47,954 bases of DNA. It comes from Pseudomonadota bacterium. GTDB taxonomy: Bacteria; Pseudomonadota; Alphaproteobacteria; Caulobacterales; Hyphomonadaceae. This document shows, in pieces, positions 28,394-38,049 of this stretch. Numbering within the stretch: position 1 is the stretch's first letter; the number at the start of each line of letters is the position of its first letter. The DNA lies in contig JBCCMX010000001.1 of NCBI GenBank assembly GCA_039026135.1, positions 1 through 47,954 of the forward strand, in the 5' to 3' direction. The notes beneath the pieces were generated by a model. The model did no database searches. It was not told the DNA's origin and saw only the letters and a list, made by a program, of their open reading frames with translations. Position numbers and translations under genes: made by a program.

Positions 28394-29386
28394 ATGACTG
28401 TATTTGACGACAATAAGATTGCGGTCATCATCCCGGCTTTCAACAGCGAGAGCACAATTGAGCGCGCCGCCAGAAGCGTTTTGTCACAGAATTTGCCGGA
28501 TGCGCTTTCACTCGAATTGATCGTGGTCGATGATGGCTCGACGGACCGCACCGTGGACGTTGTCGAAAAACTGATGACTAAACACCAGGGCCGTCTTCGC
28601 CTGATATGCCAGCCGGAAAATGCCGGCCCGTCGGCGGCGCGAAATGCGGCCTTGCACGCAACGGATGCGGCCTGGTTTACCCCGCTCGACAGCGACGATT
28701 TCATGGGGCCGGACCGCCTGAGCCACCTGATCGGCGTCGCAAGAGACGGTCTCTGGCAGATTGTCGCGGACAATCTTCTAATCTCTGACAGCCAGACACC
28801 CGACAAGGTCATTCGCACCCTGTGGCCGGAAAAACCTGCGGGCATGATCAAGATGACCCTGTCCTTCTTTGTCCGCCACAATCTGACAGCGGTGAACGAG
28901 CGCAGCGAGCTGGGCTTTCTCAAGCCCCTGATTGACCGGCGCCAGGCCCCTCACCTGATCGGTCTGTACAGAGAGCAGATGCGATTTGCCGAAGACTATG
29001 ATCTTTATACGCGGCTTTTGGCGGACGGCGCGCGCGCCTGCCTGATCGACAGCGCCGGCTACTATGCCGTGCAACGCCGGGGGTCCCTGTCCCGCACGCC
29101 GAGCGGCATTGATTTTGAGCGCCTGATCGCTGCCGATACGGACCTGTTACAGCGTCCGACACTCGAACCACGGGACAGGCAGGAAATCGAGCGCCACCGC
29201 AGCCAGGTCCAGAAACTATGGGTGTGGGTGCGGGCCATCGAGGCCGTCCGCAACCGGCATGTGTTTGAATTCCTGCGCTGTTTCGCGGTCTCACCCTCAG
29301 CAAGTTGGGCGCTGGTTGGCAAGCTGGTTCAGCGGGCCATCAAAGGCGGGCGGCGCAAACCGCCCCAGGGCCAGGTTGCAACGTGA
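28394..29386 (+). CDS. exoU: GT2 glycosyltransferase, ExoU-like
   Basis: VIIPAFN, DDGSTD, LDSDD, ELGFLKPL, EDYDLY. Confidence 0.75.
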   Translation: MTVFDDNKIAVIIPAFNSESTIERAARSVLSQNLPDALSLELIVVDDGSTDRTVDVVEKLMTKHQGRLRLICQPENAGPSAARNAALHATDAAWFTPLDSDDFMGPDRLSHLIGVARDGLWQIVADNLLISDSQTPDKVIRTLWPEKPAGMIKMTLSFFVRHNLTAVNERSELGFLKPLIDRRQAPHLIGLYREQMRFAEDYDLYTRLLADGARACLIDSAGYYAVQRRGSLSRTPSGIDFERLIAADTDLLQRPTLEPRDRQEIERHRSQVQKLWVWVRAIEAVRNRHVFEFLRCFAVSPSASWALVGKLVQRAIKGGRRKPPQGQVAT

Positions 29387-30330
29387 CACCTTCAATTGAT
29401 GTTTCGATTATTGTCGCGGCCTACGAAGCGTCAGACTTTGTCGGCGCAGCGATCGCGTCCTGTTTGCAACAGAATGACGTGTCATTTGAAGTCATTGTGG
29501 TTGATGACGGCTCCAAAGTGTCGTGCCGGCCGATTGTCGAGGCCATCGCCCAGGACGACAAACGGGTTCGCTTTATACAATTGCCGCAGAATTCGGGGCC
29601 GTCAGGCGCACGTAATGCTGGCATTCAAGCCGCCAACGGGGCCTATATCGCGGTGCTGGACGCCGATGACGCGATGCTGCCAAACCGTTTGAAAACGCTT
29701 CACGCAGCGGCGCGCGCACACAGCGCCGATATTGTCGTCGACAATATGATGGCAACGCCGGACATCACAGACGCGGCCCTGTTCAAACCCTTCCTGACAT
29801 TGCAGGACACCGAAACACCGACACAAATCACGCTTGAGACGTACCTTGACCCCCAATCCGATCGCCGCTTCGGGCGATCGCTTGGATATCTGAAACCGCT
29901 TGTATCTCGCGAGTTTCTTGATCAGCACAGTATTGCCTATGACACGTCACTGACAAACAGTGAGGACTTCTACATCATCGCCGAAATGCTGGCGCACGGC
30001 GCACGTATGGTCCTCATGCCGGACGCGTTCTATGTTTACCGGTTGCATGAGGGATCAACGTCCCATCGCCTCAATCCGAAACAGACCTCGGCCATTCTGG
30101 CGGCAGAGCGCGCCTTTCAGAAGCGCCACGCAGACCGTCTTGGAACGGCCGGGCTTGAAATCGCGAAACGTCGCCTGGACGGTCTAACGCATACACATGA
30201 ATATGAAACGCTGCGCGACGATCTGCTGCAACGCGCGCCAATCCGTTTTCTTGGTCATCTTGCGCGCAACCCGCTCTCTGCGCCGGCGCACATCTGGTCA
30301 ATCGTGAAAGTTCTAATGAAGCGGTTCTAG
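29383..30330 (+). CDS. exoO: GT2 glycosyltransferase, ExoO-like
   Basis: GTG start overlapping the previous stop (GTGA), DVSIIVAAY, GPSGARN, LDADD, VDN, GYLKP. Confidence 0.75.
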   Translation: MTPSIDVSIIVAAYEASDFVGAAIASCLQQNDVSFEVIVVDDGSKVSCRPIVEAIAQDDKRVRFIQLPQNSGPSGARNAGIQAANGAYIAVLDADDAMLPNRLKTLHAAARAHSADIVVDNMMATPDITDAALFKPFLTLQDTETPTQITLETYLDPQSDRRFGRSLGYLKPLVSREFLDQHSIAYDTSLTNSEDFYIIAEMLAHGARMVLMPDAFYVYRLHEGSTSHRLNPKQTSAILAAERAFQKRHADRLGTAGLEIAKRRLDGLTHTHEYETLRDDLLQRAPIRFLGHLARNPLSAPAHIWSIVKVLMKRF

Positions 30331-30335
30331 CGCGC

Positions 30336-30530
30336 TCAGGACGCGATGGCCGAGACGAAACGTATAATCGCAAACCACAAGATGCCGCTTGCGCCGAACA
30401 GGATAAGCATGCGCAGCCAGCCTGGATAAAGCGCGTCGGCCCGAATAGAATGGGACGCTGGCGATGCCGCTGGAACGCGACAATCAAAGTGGACATTCTG
30501 GTTGTGCGGACTTGTTTCAATCAATCGCAT
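30336..30530 (-). CDS. Small single-pass membrane protein (64 aa)
   Basis: ATG 30530, C-terminal hydrophobic helix YPGWLRMLILFGASGILWFAIIRFV. Fills the exoO-exoL gap and has a promoter-like sequence upstream. Confidence 0.55.
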   Translation of the reverse strand: MRLIETSPHNQNVHFDCRVPAASPASHSIRADALYPGWLRMLILFGASGILWFAIIRFVSAIAS

Positions 30531-30632
30531 AGTAAGAAGATATATGCATGCGCCGGCTTTCCAAACCGTTACTGTTTTTTCGCAAGCTTGGCGCTTCAAG
30601 AAGCGCTGCATTAACCGTTAAAAGACAGAGGC

Positions 30633-31817
30633 TTAATCGGTCGATCTCTTTTTTTCGTGATCATCGCGACGTCGCGAGGGCGCGCGACCACAAATATCGG
30701 ACAGAAGATGGCCAAGCTCGCCGCGTGGCTGAACGAATACACATTCCGGCAACATCAGTAGCTGTTGGCGCAGCTCTGCGATGGGCTGTCTGTCGGCAAT
30801 CAATTGCCCAATCAGGTCTGGAAGCGTCGTCTCAAGCGGCTCGTCGATCACAAACCCTGTGCCTTTCGATGCCACCCACTCAGCCGACTGGGTGCCCGCA
30901 ACGACAATTGGCGGTGAACCATAATAGCCGCCTTCATAGATCCGGTTCGGCAGCAACCACACGGAGTTGTAACCGGCCTCCATAAAGTCGCCCGACCACA
31001 CCACATCCAGATCAGCGTAAAGCGCTTCCAGGTCTTCGGGCGCCTTATAGGGCCCGAAATATTGCATATTGTCGCGCCGCTCGATTTCAGGCTCAAACAC
31101 CTCGATCTCGGTCCGCGCCGGCTTTCCGTAAAGGCGAATATCCACTGCGTCTCCAAACGTGTCAGCAAGCTGCTGCAAGAGCTTGAACGAGCGCTGACAT
31201 CTTAAGATTCCAACCCATCCAATTCGAAGCGGGCGCGCGCGCTCTGCCTGTGTCGACACGCCCGAATTTGGTCGCGGGCCATACTCTGCACTGGCTGGCA
31301 GGCGGTTCTCGATCACGAAAGCGCGATACTGGTCTTTATGGTGGCGTTCAAAATGATTGGTCAGGAAAGCCGGGGAACTCACGACCAATCCCTTTGTGCG
31401 TCCCAATAGACGGCGTTCAATAAAACGCAGGCCGACACCAATCATATCCTTGCGCACCAGGAGGCGGTGAACGTCAAGGCACTCATAAACCACCGGCGTC
31501 TTGAGAGACAGGCGCCGCTTAGCCAGAAAGGCGCAGGCCAGCATATCAAGGTTTCTTGCATAGATAACGTCCGCGCTGCGGAGCGTGTCTGCCTGCCCGG
31601 CGGCGATATGGGCCCCTTTGAAAATCTGGCGCAGGCGATGGAGAAAGGCGCTATCATAGGTCCGCCCAAGATCGACATTAGACCATTCGGATTGCGCTGC
31701 ATCTGAGCGACGCATCATAAATCCATCAACGCAAAGGCCGTCCGCGATAAAAGCGTTTACGCGTCGCCGAATGGCGGAGTCAGAGACATCGTGTCCGAAA
31801 AATGCAACTCTCGTCAC
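30633..31817 (-). CDS. exoL: Glycosyltransferase, ExoL-like
   Basis: FFGHDVSDSAIRRRV, ARNLDML, VYECLDVH, IGWVGILRC, LLPNRIYEGG. GTG 31817 follows AAGGAGG. Confidence 0.85.
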   Translation of the reverse strand: MTRVAFFGHDVSDSAIRRRVNAFIADGLCVDGFMMRRSDAAQSEWSNVDLGRTYDSAFLHRLRQIFKGAHIAAGQADTLRSADVIYARNLDMLACAFLAKRRLSLKTPVVYECLDVHRLLVRKDMIGVGLRFIERRLLGRTKGLVVSSPAFLTNHFERHHKDQYRAFVIENRLPASAEYGPRPNSGVSTQAERARPLRIGWVGILRCQRSFKLLQQLADTFGDAVDIRLYGKPARTEIEVFEPEIERRDNMQYFGPYKAPEDLEALYADLDVVWSGDFMEAGYNSVWLLPNRIYEGGYYGSPPIVVAGTQSAEWVASKGTGFVIDEPLETTLPDLIGQLIADRQPIAELRQQLLMLPECVFVQPRGELGHLLSDICGRAPSRRRDDHEKKRSTD

Positions 31818-31876
31818 GCCGGCCTCCTTCATTGATCTGACCAGATTCAGCGTCAAACCGGACGTGATCGCAATGA

Positions 31877-34345
31877 TTAAACCTTGCTCTTGAAGCCGCC
31901 CAGATTGGGATCACGCGTGTCAGGCGCGGTCGATACCTCATCGCGCGATGCGGCAATGGGTTTCAAGGTTGCAACCTTTGGCGACGTATCGGTGTCGGCT
32001 GTCGGGGCTGTCGTTGCGGCCGCCGGGATGGTTCCGACATCGGTTTTGGATTTCTTGCGATTTCCCCAAAGCCGCCGCTTGCCCTCGGTCATATAGTATT
32101 TCTTGTAGTCGCGGTAATTCGTGCCTGGCTCATTGTGATGGCGACGCTGTTCTACATCGACCATATTTAGCACCACGCCTAGCAAATCAGCATGGAATGT
32201 CTCGAGCAATTTAACCGATTTACGGGCCGCCGCGCGCGTTGTCTTGCGCCAGCGCGTGATCATGATCGTCTTGTCGGCTTTACCTGCAATCACCCGCGCT
32301 TCAGCCATGAGGAGCAATGGCCCCGTATCAATCAGGATCAGATCATACTTCTCCCGCAGCTGTTTGTGCAGTTCATCAAAGGCATGCGTGCCGAACACAT
32401 CATGGGGGCTATGTCCGTTCAGCGAGAGCGGCAGAATATCGGCACCCGACTTCTCGTCATGCTGAACGAGATTTTCCAGGGCACCTGGTGTAATCAAATG
32501 CTCGACAAGGCCGAAATCGGTGCGCACACCCGCCGCCTCTGTTAGCTGACGACGCCGAAAGTCGCCATCAATGATCAGCGTCTTGGAGCCCGACAGCGCC
32601 GACATCCGGCCAAGGCTCAATGTCACGCTGGTCTTTCCCTCGTCAGGCAGAGACGATGTGACCGCGACAGTTTTTGTACGATTATCAATGTCTGAGAATG
32701 TGATCGCCGCGCGCAGATAACGAATGCTTTCAGTGAAGGCAGATAGCGGGTTCTCCACAAGGTAGTCAGCCGGACTGAGTTTGCCAAAGCCGAGAAAACC
32801 GAAGCGTGAAATAACCGGTATCGAGCCAACAGACGGCAAAGACAGGCGATGCTCCAGATCTTCTATCGAGCTTATACGACCATCAAAAATCTCGATAAGC
32901 AGAGCAAGCGCAAAACCAAGCGCACCGCCCAAGAGCAGACCGAGCACCAAATTCAGTTCGACGCGCGGCGCGGCTGGAGAGCTCGGGACATTTGCCTTTG
33001 ACAACACTCTTGCATCGGCCTCGACCAGATCATTCTGCTCACGTGTTTCCTTGAAACGCTCAATGAACTCCTGATAGATAGCGCGGCTCGCCTCTGCATC
33101 ACGTTCGAGTTCGCGCAAACGAATTTGCGCAGTATTCTCGGTTACTAGACGCGCGCGCGCGGCGCCCAGACGACTGTTAACCGTGGCCAACTGGTCTTCT
33201 GCCACGCGAACTTCGGCCTCAACATTAGAGACCACACGTGCGACTTCTGCTGCGATCTGGCGATCAAGATCAGCGACTTCGCTTCGCGCAGCCACAAGAG
33301 ACGGATGGAGCGGTCCAAGCGATGTTTCGAACTCTGCGACCCGGCTCTGGGCTTCAGCGCGATCGTCTTTCAGGTTTGAAATGACCGGCGAGTTCAGAAC
33401 TTCCGCTACTGCATTTACACCGCCCGGCCCGATCATCTGACGGCGCATCCCATCATATCGTGCGCGAACACGGGTCAACTCGCCCTGAAGCTGAATTTGC
33501 TGCCCCTGAAGGTCACTGATCGCTGACTCCGTTAGCGGGTTACCCTCGGCGCTGAGAAGCCCGTTCTGCCGCGAAAAAGTCTCAACGGCGAGTTCGCGTT
33601 CCTCGACTTCCTCGCGCAGGACGGCGACCCGTTCAGACAGCCAGGCGGTCGCCCGCTGTGTGGCTTCCAGCTTGGCTTCCATCTGCTCAACACGGTACTG
33701 GTCAGCAATCGCATTTGCGAGCAGCGCCGCGGTTTCTGGCGACTCGCTGGTGACCTGCGTCGTAATCAAATAGGTTGTGCCGTGGCGGGAAACGTGGACC
33801 TTGCTTCCAAGGATATAGACCACCCAATCGAGCAAATCGGCTTCACGCTCAGCCTCAGAACGGGTATCAATGAAGTCATCCTCGTCGCCGCCGATCACCT
33901 GATCGATCGCGCTGCTGACAATGCCACTGAGCGTCGACAAGGGGCCCGTTTCGGCTGGTCGAAGCGTGGGATTAAACTCCGGATCAGCAATCAGATTATG
34001 TTCAATCGCCACGCGCCGTAGTAACCGCTTGGATTGCATGACCTCAACTTCCGTATTGATCACAGACGTCGTCAACGCGCCGCCCGCGAGCACCGCGCCA
34101 AGATCAATCACGTTGCGCTGGGAACTATCGACAATGACGGTCGCCCGGGCCTGATAAATCGGCGTCTGCGTAAAGGTCGCATAGGCGACAGCCAGGAAGA
34201 CCAGGCCGGCAGTGATCGAGATCAACCAGAACCGCTTGAACACCATGTTCACAAGCGACCGCAGATCAATCGGCAGATCACCGCCGATCGCTGGCGCGCC
34301 CGTACCGTCTGACCGCGGCAGCTCGAAACTAATCGTTTTGCTCAC
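31877..34345 (-). CDS. exoP: Polysaccharide co-polymerase / tyrosine autokinase (ExoP/Wzc)
   Basis: Two TMs, periplasmic coiled coil, Walker A PDEGKT, IIDGDFR, Walker B LILIDTGP, Tyr cluster NYRDYKKYY. Confidence 0.92.
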   Translation of the reverse strand: MSKTISFELPRSDGTGAPAIGGDLPIDLRSLVNMVFKRFWLISITAGLVFLAVAYATFTQTPIYQARATVIVDSSQRNVIDLGAVLAGGALTTSVINTEVEVMQSKRLLRRVAIEHNLIADPEFNPTLRPAETGPLSTLSGIVSSAIDQVIGGDEDDFIDTRSEAEREADLLDWVVYILGSKVHVSRHGTTYLITTQVTSESPETAALLANAIADQYRVEQMEAKLEATQRATAWLSERVAVLREEVEERELAVETFSRQNGLLSAEGNPLTESAISDLQGQQIQLQGELTRVRARYDGMRRQMIGPGGVNAVAEVLNSPVISNLKDDRAEAQSRVAEFETSLGPLHPSLVAARSEVADLDRQIAAEVARVVSNVEAEVRVAEDQLATVNSRLGAARARLVTENTAQIRLRELERDAEASRAIYQEFIERFKETREQNDLVEADARVLSKANVPSSPAAPRVELNLVLGLLLGGALGFALALLIEIFDGRISSIEDLEHRLSLPSVGSIPVISRFGFLGFGKLSPADYLVENPLSAFTESIRYLRAAITFSDIDNRTKTVAVTSSLPDEGKTSVTLSLGRMSALSGSKTLIIDGDFRRRQLTEAAGVRTDFGLVEHLITPGALENLVQHDEKSGADILPLSLNGHSPHDVFGTHAFDELHKQLREKYDLILIDTGPLLLMAEARVIAGKADKTIMITRWRKTTRAAARKSVKLLETFHADLLGVVLNMVDVEQRRHHNEPGTNYRDYKKYYMTEGKRRLWGNRKKSKTDVGTIPAAATTAPTADTDTSPKVATLKPIAASRDEVSTAPDTRDPNLGGFKSKV

Positions 34346-34396
34346 TGTTTACCACCAATTGCCTTCTTGTCTGGGCGACGGTCGGGGAACCGTCCG

Positions 34397-35659
34397 TTAC
34401 GGGAATATCCGAACCACCAGACCAATAACATCCGCTTCAAAGTTTGGATCGCCACTAATGTCAGCACCGCTCGCATCACGCTCTGTATGGCGCGCAAATG
34501 CCTCGGTATGCACATTTTTGTTCAACTTATAGGTGGCCGAAATGCCATAGCTGAGCACTTCATCTGTCCGATCGATATCATCATAGTCTTCATCGGCAAT
34601 CGACGCGAAACCGGAAACGATAATGTTGCGACGCAGTTCGTGGTCAACTCTGGCACCGAAACGTGTCTGTGTTGCCGACGACGATTCGACCAGGCCAAGA
34701 TCCTGAACACTGCGACCTGCATTGAAACCCACCGTCGTCAGACGCGTTGGGAACCACTGAAGCCGACCATCAACCGCAAGACCGCTGACATCTTCCAACG
34801 CGTCACTGTCTTTGTCTTCATCGAAATAGCCGACAGCCACATCACCGCGGACCAGCGCGTCGAGCTCGAAATCGAAACCGCCATAAAGGGCATAACCGGA
34901 ACTGTCGCGGCCGGTATCAAGATCATATTCGCGTGTATTGTATTCCGCTTGCGTAAACACAGCGACATTTGGAGAAATCGCATAAGAGACGCGCGTGCGT
35001 CCAACAACCGCCGTGTTGTCGCGGAAGTCCTGATCGAAAACGGCGTCGGTGTCTCTGACCTCCCCGTCCTGAAAGTCGTTTTCGCTAACGCGAACACTGG
35101 AATCCCAGCGAATGCGGTCATTGCGATAATTCGCACCAACGCGGCCCGACAGGGTTTCGATCTCAACCGGTTCGTCGAGTGAGACCGCGTTCGCCTGCGA
35201 CACGCGCTCTTCTGTGCGTTGGGCGGCGTCGACATTCGCGGTGAAAGACCATGACCGCGTCACGTCAAGCCGTCCACCCAAGCCGGCCCGCAAATCTTCG
35301 TTCGACTCATCGTCAAAGTCCAAATACGTATTGCGAAATGCAGAGGCATTGGCCGACAGTTCGTGATTGCTCCAGTCTGTTCGTACATTTGCGCGCGCAC
35401 CGGCACGAATGATGGTGTCGGACTGCTCGTCAGTTGAATCGGCAAAAATATTGCTGTCGGATATCGCGCTGATTTCCGCATTGGACCGCACAATAAGTGA
35501 TCCAACTCGAACCGGTTCGGGATCAAAATCCGGCTGTGAGCGATCTCGCACCGCTTCATATTTGTTCCGGCTGTAAAAGTCGTCCTGGGCAAAGGCCGCC
35601 CCCGCCAATGGCACAACAGCCACAGCACCCAAAAGTCCAACTCGTCCTAAAACGCTCAT
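34397..35659 (-). CDS. EPS-associated outer-membrane beta-barrel protein
   Basis: Sec signal (AFA-Q), alternating hydrophobic strands rich in Y/R/D, terminal strand GLVVRIFP. Upstream of and co-oriented with exoP. Confidence 0.8.
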   Translation of the reverse strand: MSVLGRVGLLGAVAVVPLAGAAFAQDDFYSRNKYEAVRDRSQPDFDPEPVRVGSLIVRSNAEISAISDSNIFADSTDEQSDTIIRAGARANVRTDWSNHELSANASAFRNTYLDFDDESNEDLRAGLGGRLDVTRSWSFTANVDAAQRTEERVSQANAVSLDEPVEIETLSGRVGANYRNDRIRWDSSVRVSENDFQDGEVRDTDAVFDQDFRDNTAVVGRTRVSYAISPNVAVFTQAEYNTREYDLDTGRDSSGYALYGGFDFELDALVRGDVAVGYFDEDKDSDALEDVSGLAVDGRLQWFPTRLTTVGFNAGRSVQDLGLVESSSATQTRFGARVDHELRRNIIVSGFASIADEDYDDIDRTDEVLSYGISATYKLNKNVHTEAFARHTERDASGADISGDPNFEADVIGLVVRIFP

Positions 35660-35857
35660 GTCACCCTACCTTCTGTATTGTCCGGCCTTTATCCGAACGT
35701 GTCGATGCGCCGTCTCGACGCAACATGCATGCCAACATCTTCTTCTAGAGCTGGTTTGTCTTGAAATAGCTATGTATTACATTCTCGCGCCGAATGAAAG
35801 TGAAGCCACGCCAATGGCTTAAGAGATTTGGCCCACGATCTGCATTGTTAATGAAGT

Positions 35858-36877
35858 ATGAAGGATATCGATCATCTTCGACAGACAATGCCGCGCAGTT
35901 TCATCTACCGCGCCGGCGCCGGCATGGACGTTCTCATCGTCCTCGGCCTGGCGCTGACAATTGCCGTAGCGGCGGCCACACTGCGCCCGCTATACGCAGA
36001 TCCGTTTGGTCTCGGCGATATCCCCTCCGGGCCTGACGCGATCGGCATGGCGCCCATCGTCCACCCCGCGGGCAAGACGACATCCGACGCCGTGCAGACC
36101 GCCGGTTTGCCATATATCGACATGTTCCCGGCCCGGACCGGAAACCCTCTGGCGCTCGAGTCCGATGCCTTCATCAACATGTTTGGCGACGGGGATCTCT
36201 CCAAATCGTGGTATTATGCGCATTATCGCGGACAGAACCATTACTGGGTCGACTTCATTCGGGACAATGTGGTGTCGACGGCAAATGGGCTGGACATCTA
36301 TATTCGGGAAAAAGCGGCCGCCACTGACCGGTTTCGCTGGACTGCAGGGCAGTTGAGCTCGCGAAATCGCCCGGGCTTTGGGCGCTATGAGGCGATTATG
36401 AAGCCCGCCTACGGATCGGGCCTGGTCTCATCCTTCTTTACCTATACCGGCCCGTATTTTGGTGATCCGCATGACGAGATCGATTTCGAGTTCGTCGGCC
36501 GCAATCCAAGGCAGGTGGAGATCAACTCGTTCCGCAACGGACGACGCAACGGCTATAAACGCGTCAATCTCTGGTTCGATGCGACGGCTGATTATCACCT
36601 TTATGCCTATGAATGGCGACCTGACAGTATCAGATGGTTCGTTAATGGTCGCCTGGTGGGCGAGCTTGTCGGTGATGAACGCGTTATCCCCCAGACGCCG
36701 GGCGCGATCTATCTGAACCTATGGTCTGGTCGCCCGAAAGAATGGCACGGCAGACCGACATTTGGACGCCAGGCCGTGGTCAGCTATGCCTGCGTTTCCT
36801 ATCGCCCGCTCTACGACAATAGCCGGTCCTGCTCGGACTTTTATGAATTCCCCGACACAACGGAGGCACTGCGCTAA
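35858..36877 (+). CDS. exoK: GH16 endo-beta-glucanase, ExoK-like
   Basis: Catalytic EIDFE within SSFFTYTGP...PHDEIDFEFVG. N-terminal hydrophobic anchor. Confidence 0.85.
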   Translation: MKDIDHLRQTMPRSFIYRAGAGMDVLIVLGLALTIAVAAATLRPLYADPFGLGDIPSGPDAIGMAPIVHPAGKTTSDAVQTAGLPYIDMFPARTGNPLALESDAFINMFGDGDLSKSWYYAHYRGQNHYWVDFIRDNVVSTANGLDIYIREKAAATDRFRWTAGQLSSRNRPGFGRYEAIMKPAYGSGLVSSFFTYTGPYFGDPHDEIDFEFVGRNPRQVEINSFRNGRRNGYKRVNLWFDATADYHLYAYEWRPDSIRWFVNGRLVGELVGDERVIPQTPGAIYLNLWSGRPKEWHGRPTFGRQAVVSYACVSYRPLYDNSRSCSDFYEFPDTTEALR

Positions 36878-36932
36878 GGCCCGGTCGTTTACGCAGCTGA
36901 AAGCCCGATATGCTTAAAGTGCACATCAAGAC

Positions 36933-37988
36933 ATGCAGACTGACACGCTCTCCGAACGGATCCAATGGGTCGATTACGCCAAGGGTATTTGTATCATCCT
37001 TGTGGTGATGATGCACACGGTGCATCGGTATGAACACATGGCTGGCGAAACCGGCTGGCTGAGCCTGGTTGTAGATTTTGCCCAGCCCTTCCGCATGCCG
37101 GACTTCTTTCTTATCTCCGGCCTCTTTCTCTCGCGCAGCCTGCATGGACCGACCCTGTCGTATTTCGACCGGAAACTGGTTCACTTCATCTATTTCTACG
37201 TGCTTTGGCTGTCCATTCAGCACCCGGTCTTTCATTTTGATCTGATACTCGAAGCTCCGGGCTATGTGCTGAAAACGTGGATGATCTCTCTCATCGAACC
37301 GACAAACACATTGTGGTTCGTGCACATGCTTGCAGTTTTCTACGTGGTTACCTGGCTGGTGCGCGATATCCCGAAGTGGATCATCCTTGCCATCGCCATC
37401 GCGCTTCAGACCGCCTATGCGGCCGGACTGGTCAATACCGACTGGAACGTGATTGACAGGTTCTGCGCGCGCTATGTCTTTTTCTATATCGGCTTTATGT
37501 GCGCGCCTTACATTTTCCGCTTCGCTGAACAGGCTGCGACACGCGGCGGGCTGGTCCTTGTAGGCACGACCATTTGGGGGCTGATCAATTATCAGATGGT
37601 GGCCCTTGGCATTCACCAATTACCTGGCAATAGCCTGCTGCTTGGCCTGGCGGGCGCCTTCGCGATCTGTGCTGTCTCGGCCCTGCTGGCAAAATACGCG
37701 CTTCTGGACGGCCTGCGCTATGCCGGTCAAAACTCCATCGTCATCTATCTCACCTTCTTCGCGCCGATGTTGATCATGGAAGAGATTTTCTATTATTCAG
37801 GCGACGCGCTCGGAAGTGTGGGGCTGTCGAATGCCATCTGTCTGGCCGTCAATGTGGCCGCGCCGCTCGTGTTCCATCGCCTCATCAGGAAGACGTGGCT
37901 GATCGCGCTGTACGAGCGACCCGAGCTGTTCAGGATATCTGGCCGTCATTCCGGCGCGAACAGGCTGACCGGCACCTCTGCCCCCTAG
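36933..37988 (+). CDS. Acyltransferase_3-family membrane O-acyltransferase
   Basis: RIQWVDYAKGICIILVVMMH, FRMPDFFLISG, about 10 TMs. Confidence 0.88.
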   Translation: MQTDTLSERIQWVDYAKGICIILVVMMHTVHRYEHMAGETGWLSLVVDFAQPFRMPDFFLISGLFLSRSLHGPTLSYFDRKLVHFIYFYVLWLSIQHPVFHFDLILEAPGYVLKTWMISLIEPTNTLWFVHMLAVFYVVTWLVRDIPKWIILAIAIALQTAYAAGLVNTDWNVIDRFCARYVFFYIGFMCAPYIFRFAEQAATRGGLVLVGTTIWGLINYQMVALGIHQLPGNSLLLGLAGAFAICAVSALLAKYALLDGLRYAGQNSIVIYLTFFAPMLIMEEIFYYSGDALGSVGLSNAICLAVNVAAPLVFHRLIRKTWLIALYERPELFRISGRHSGANRLTGTSAP

Positions 37989-38049
37989 AACGGATCGCGG
38001 CAATGTGCGAGCGAACACAGATGCAGGCCAACAGCTCAGGAGCACGGGT

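Noticed and set aside
34367-35182. 271-aa antisense ORF over the beta-barrel gene
   Set aside because: Antisense shadow with no recognisable domain.
36780-37619. 279-aa antisense ORF over the acyltransferase
   Set aside because: Antisense shadow of a well-supported membrane protein gene.
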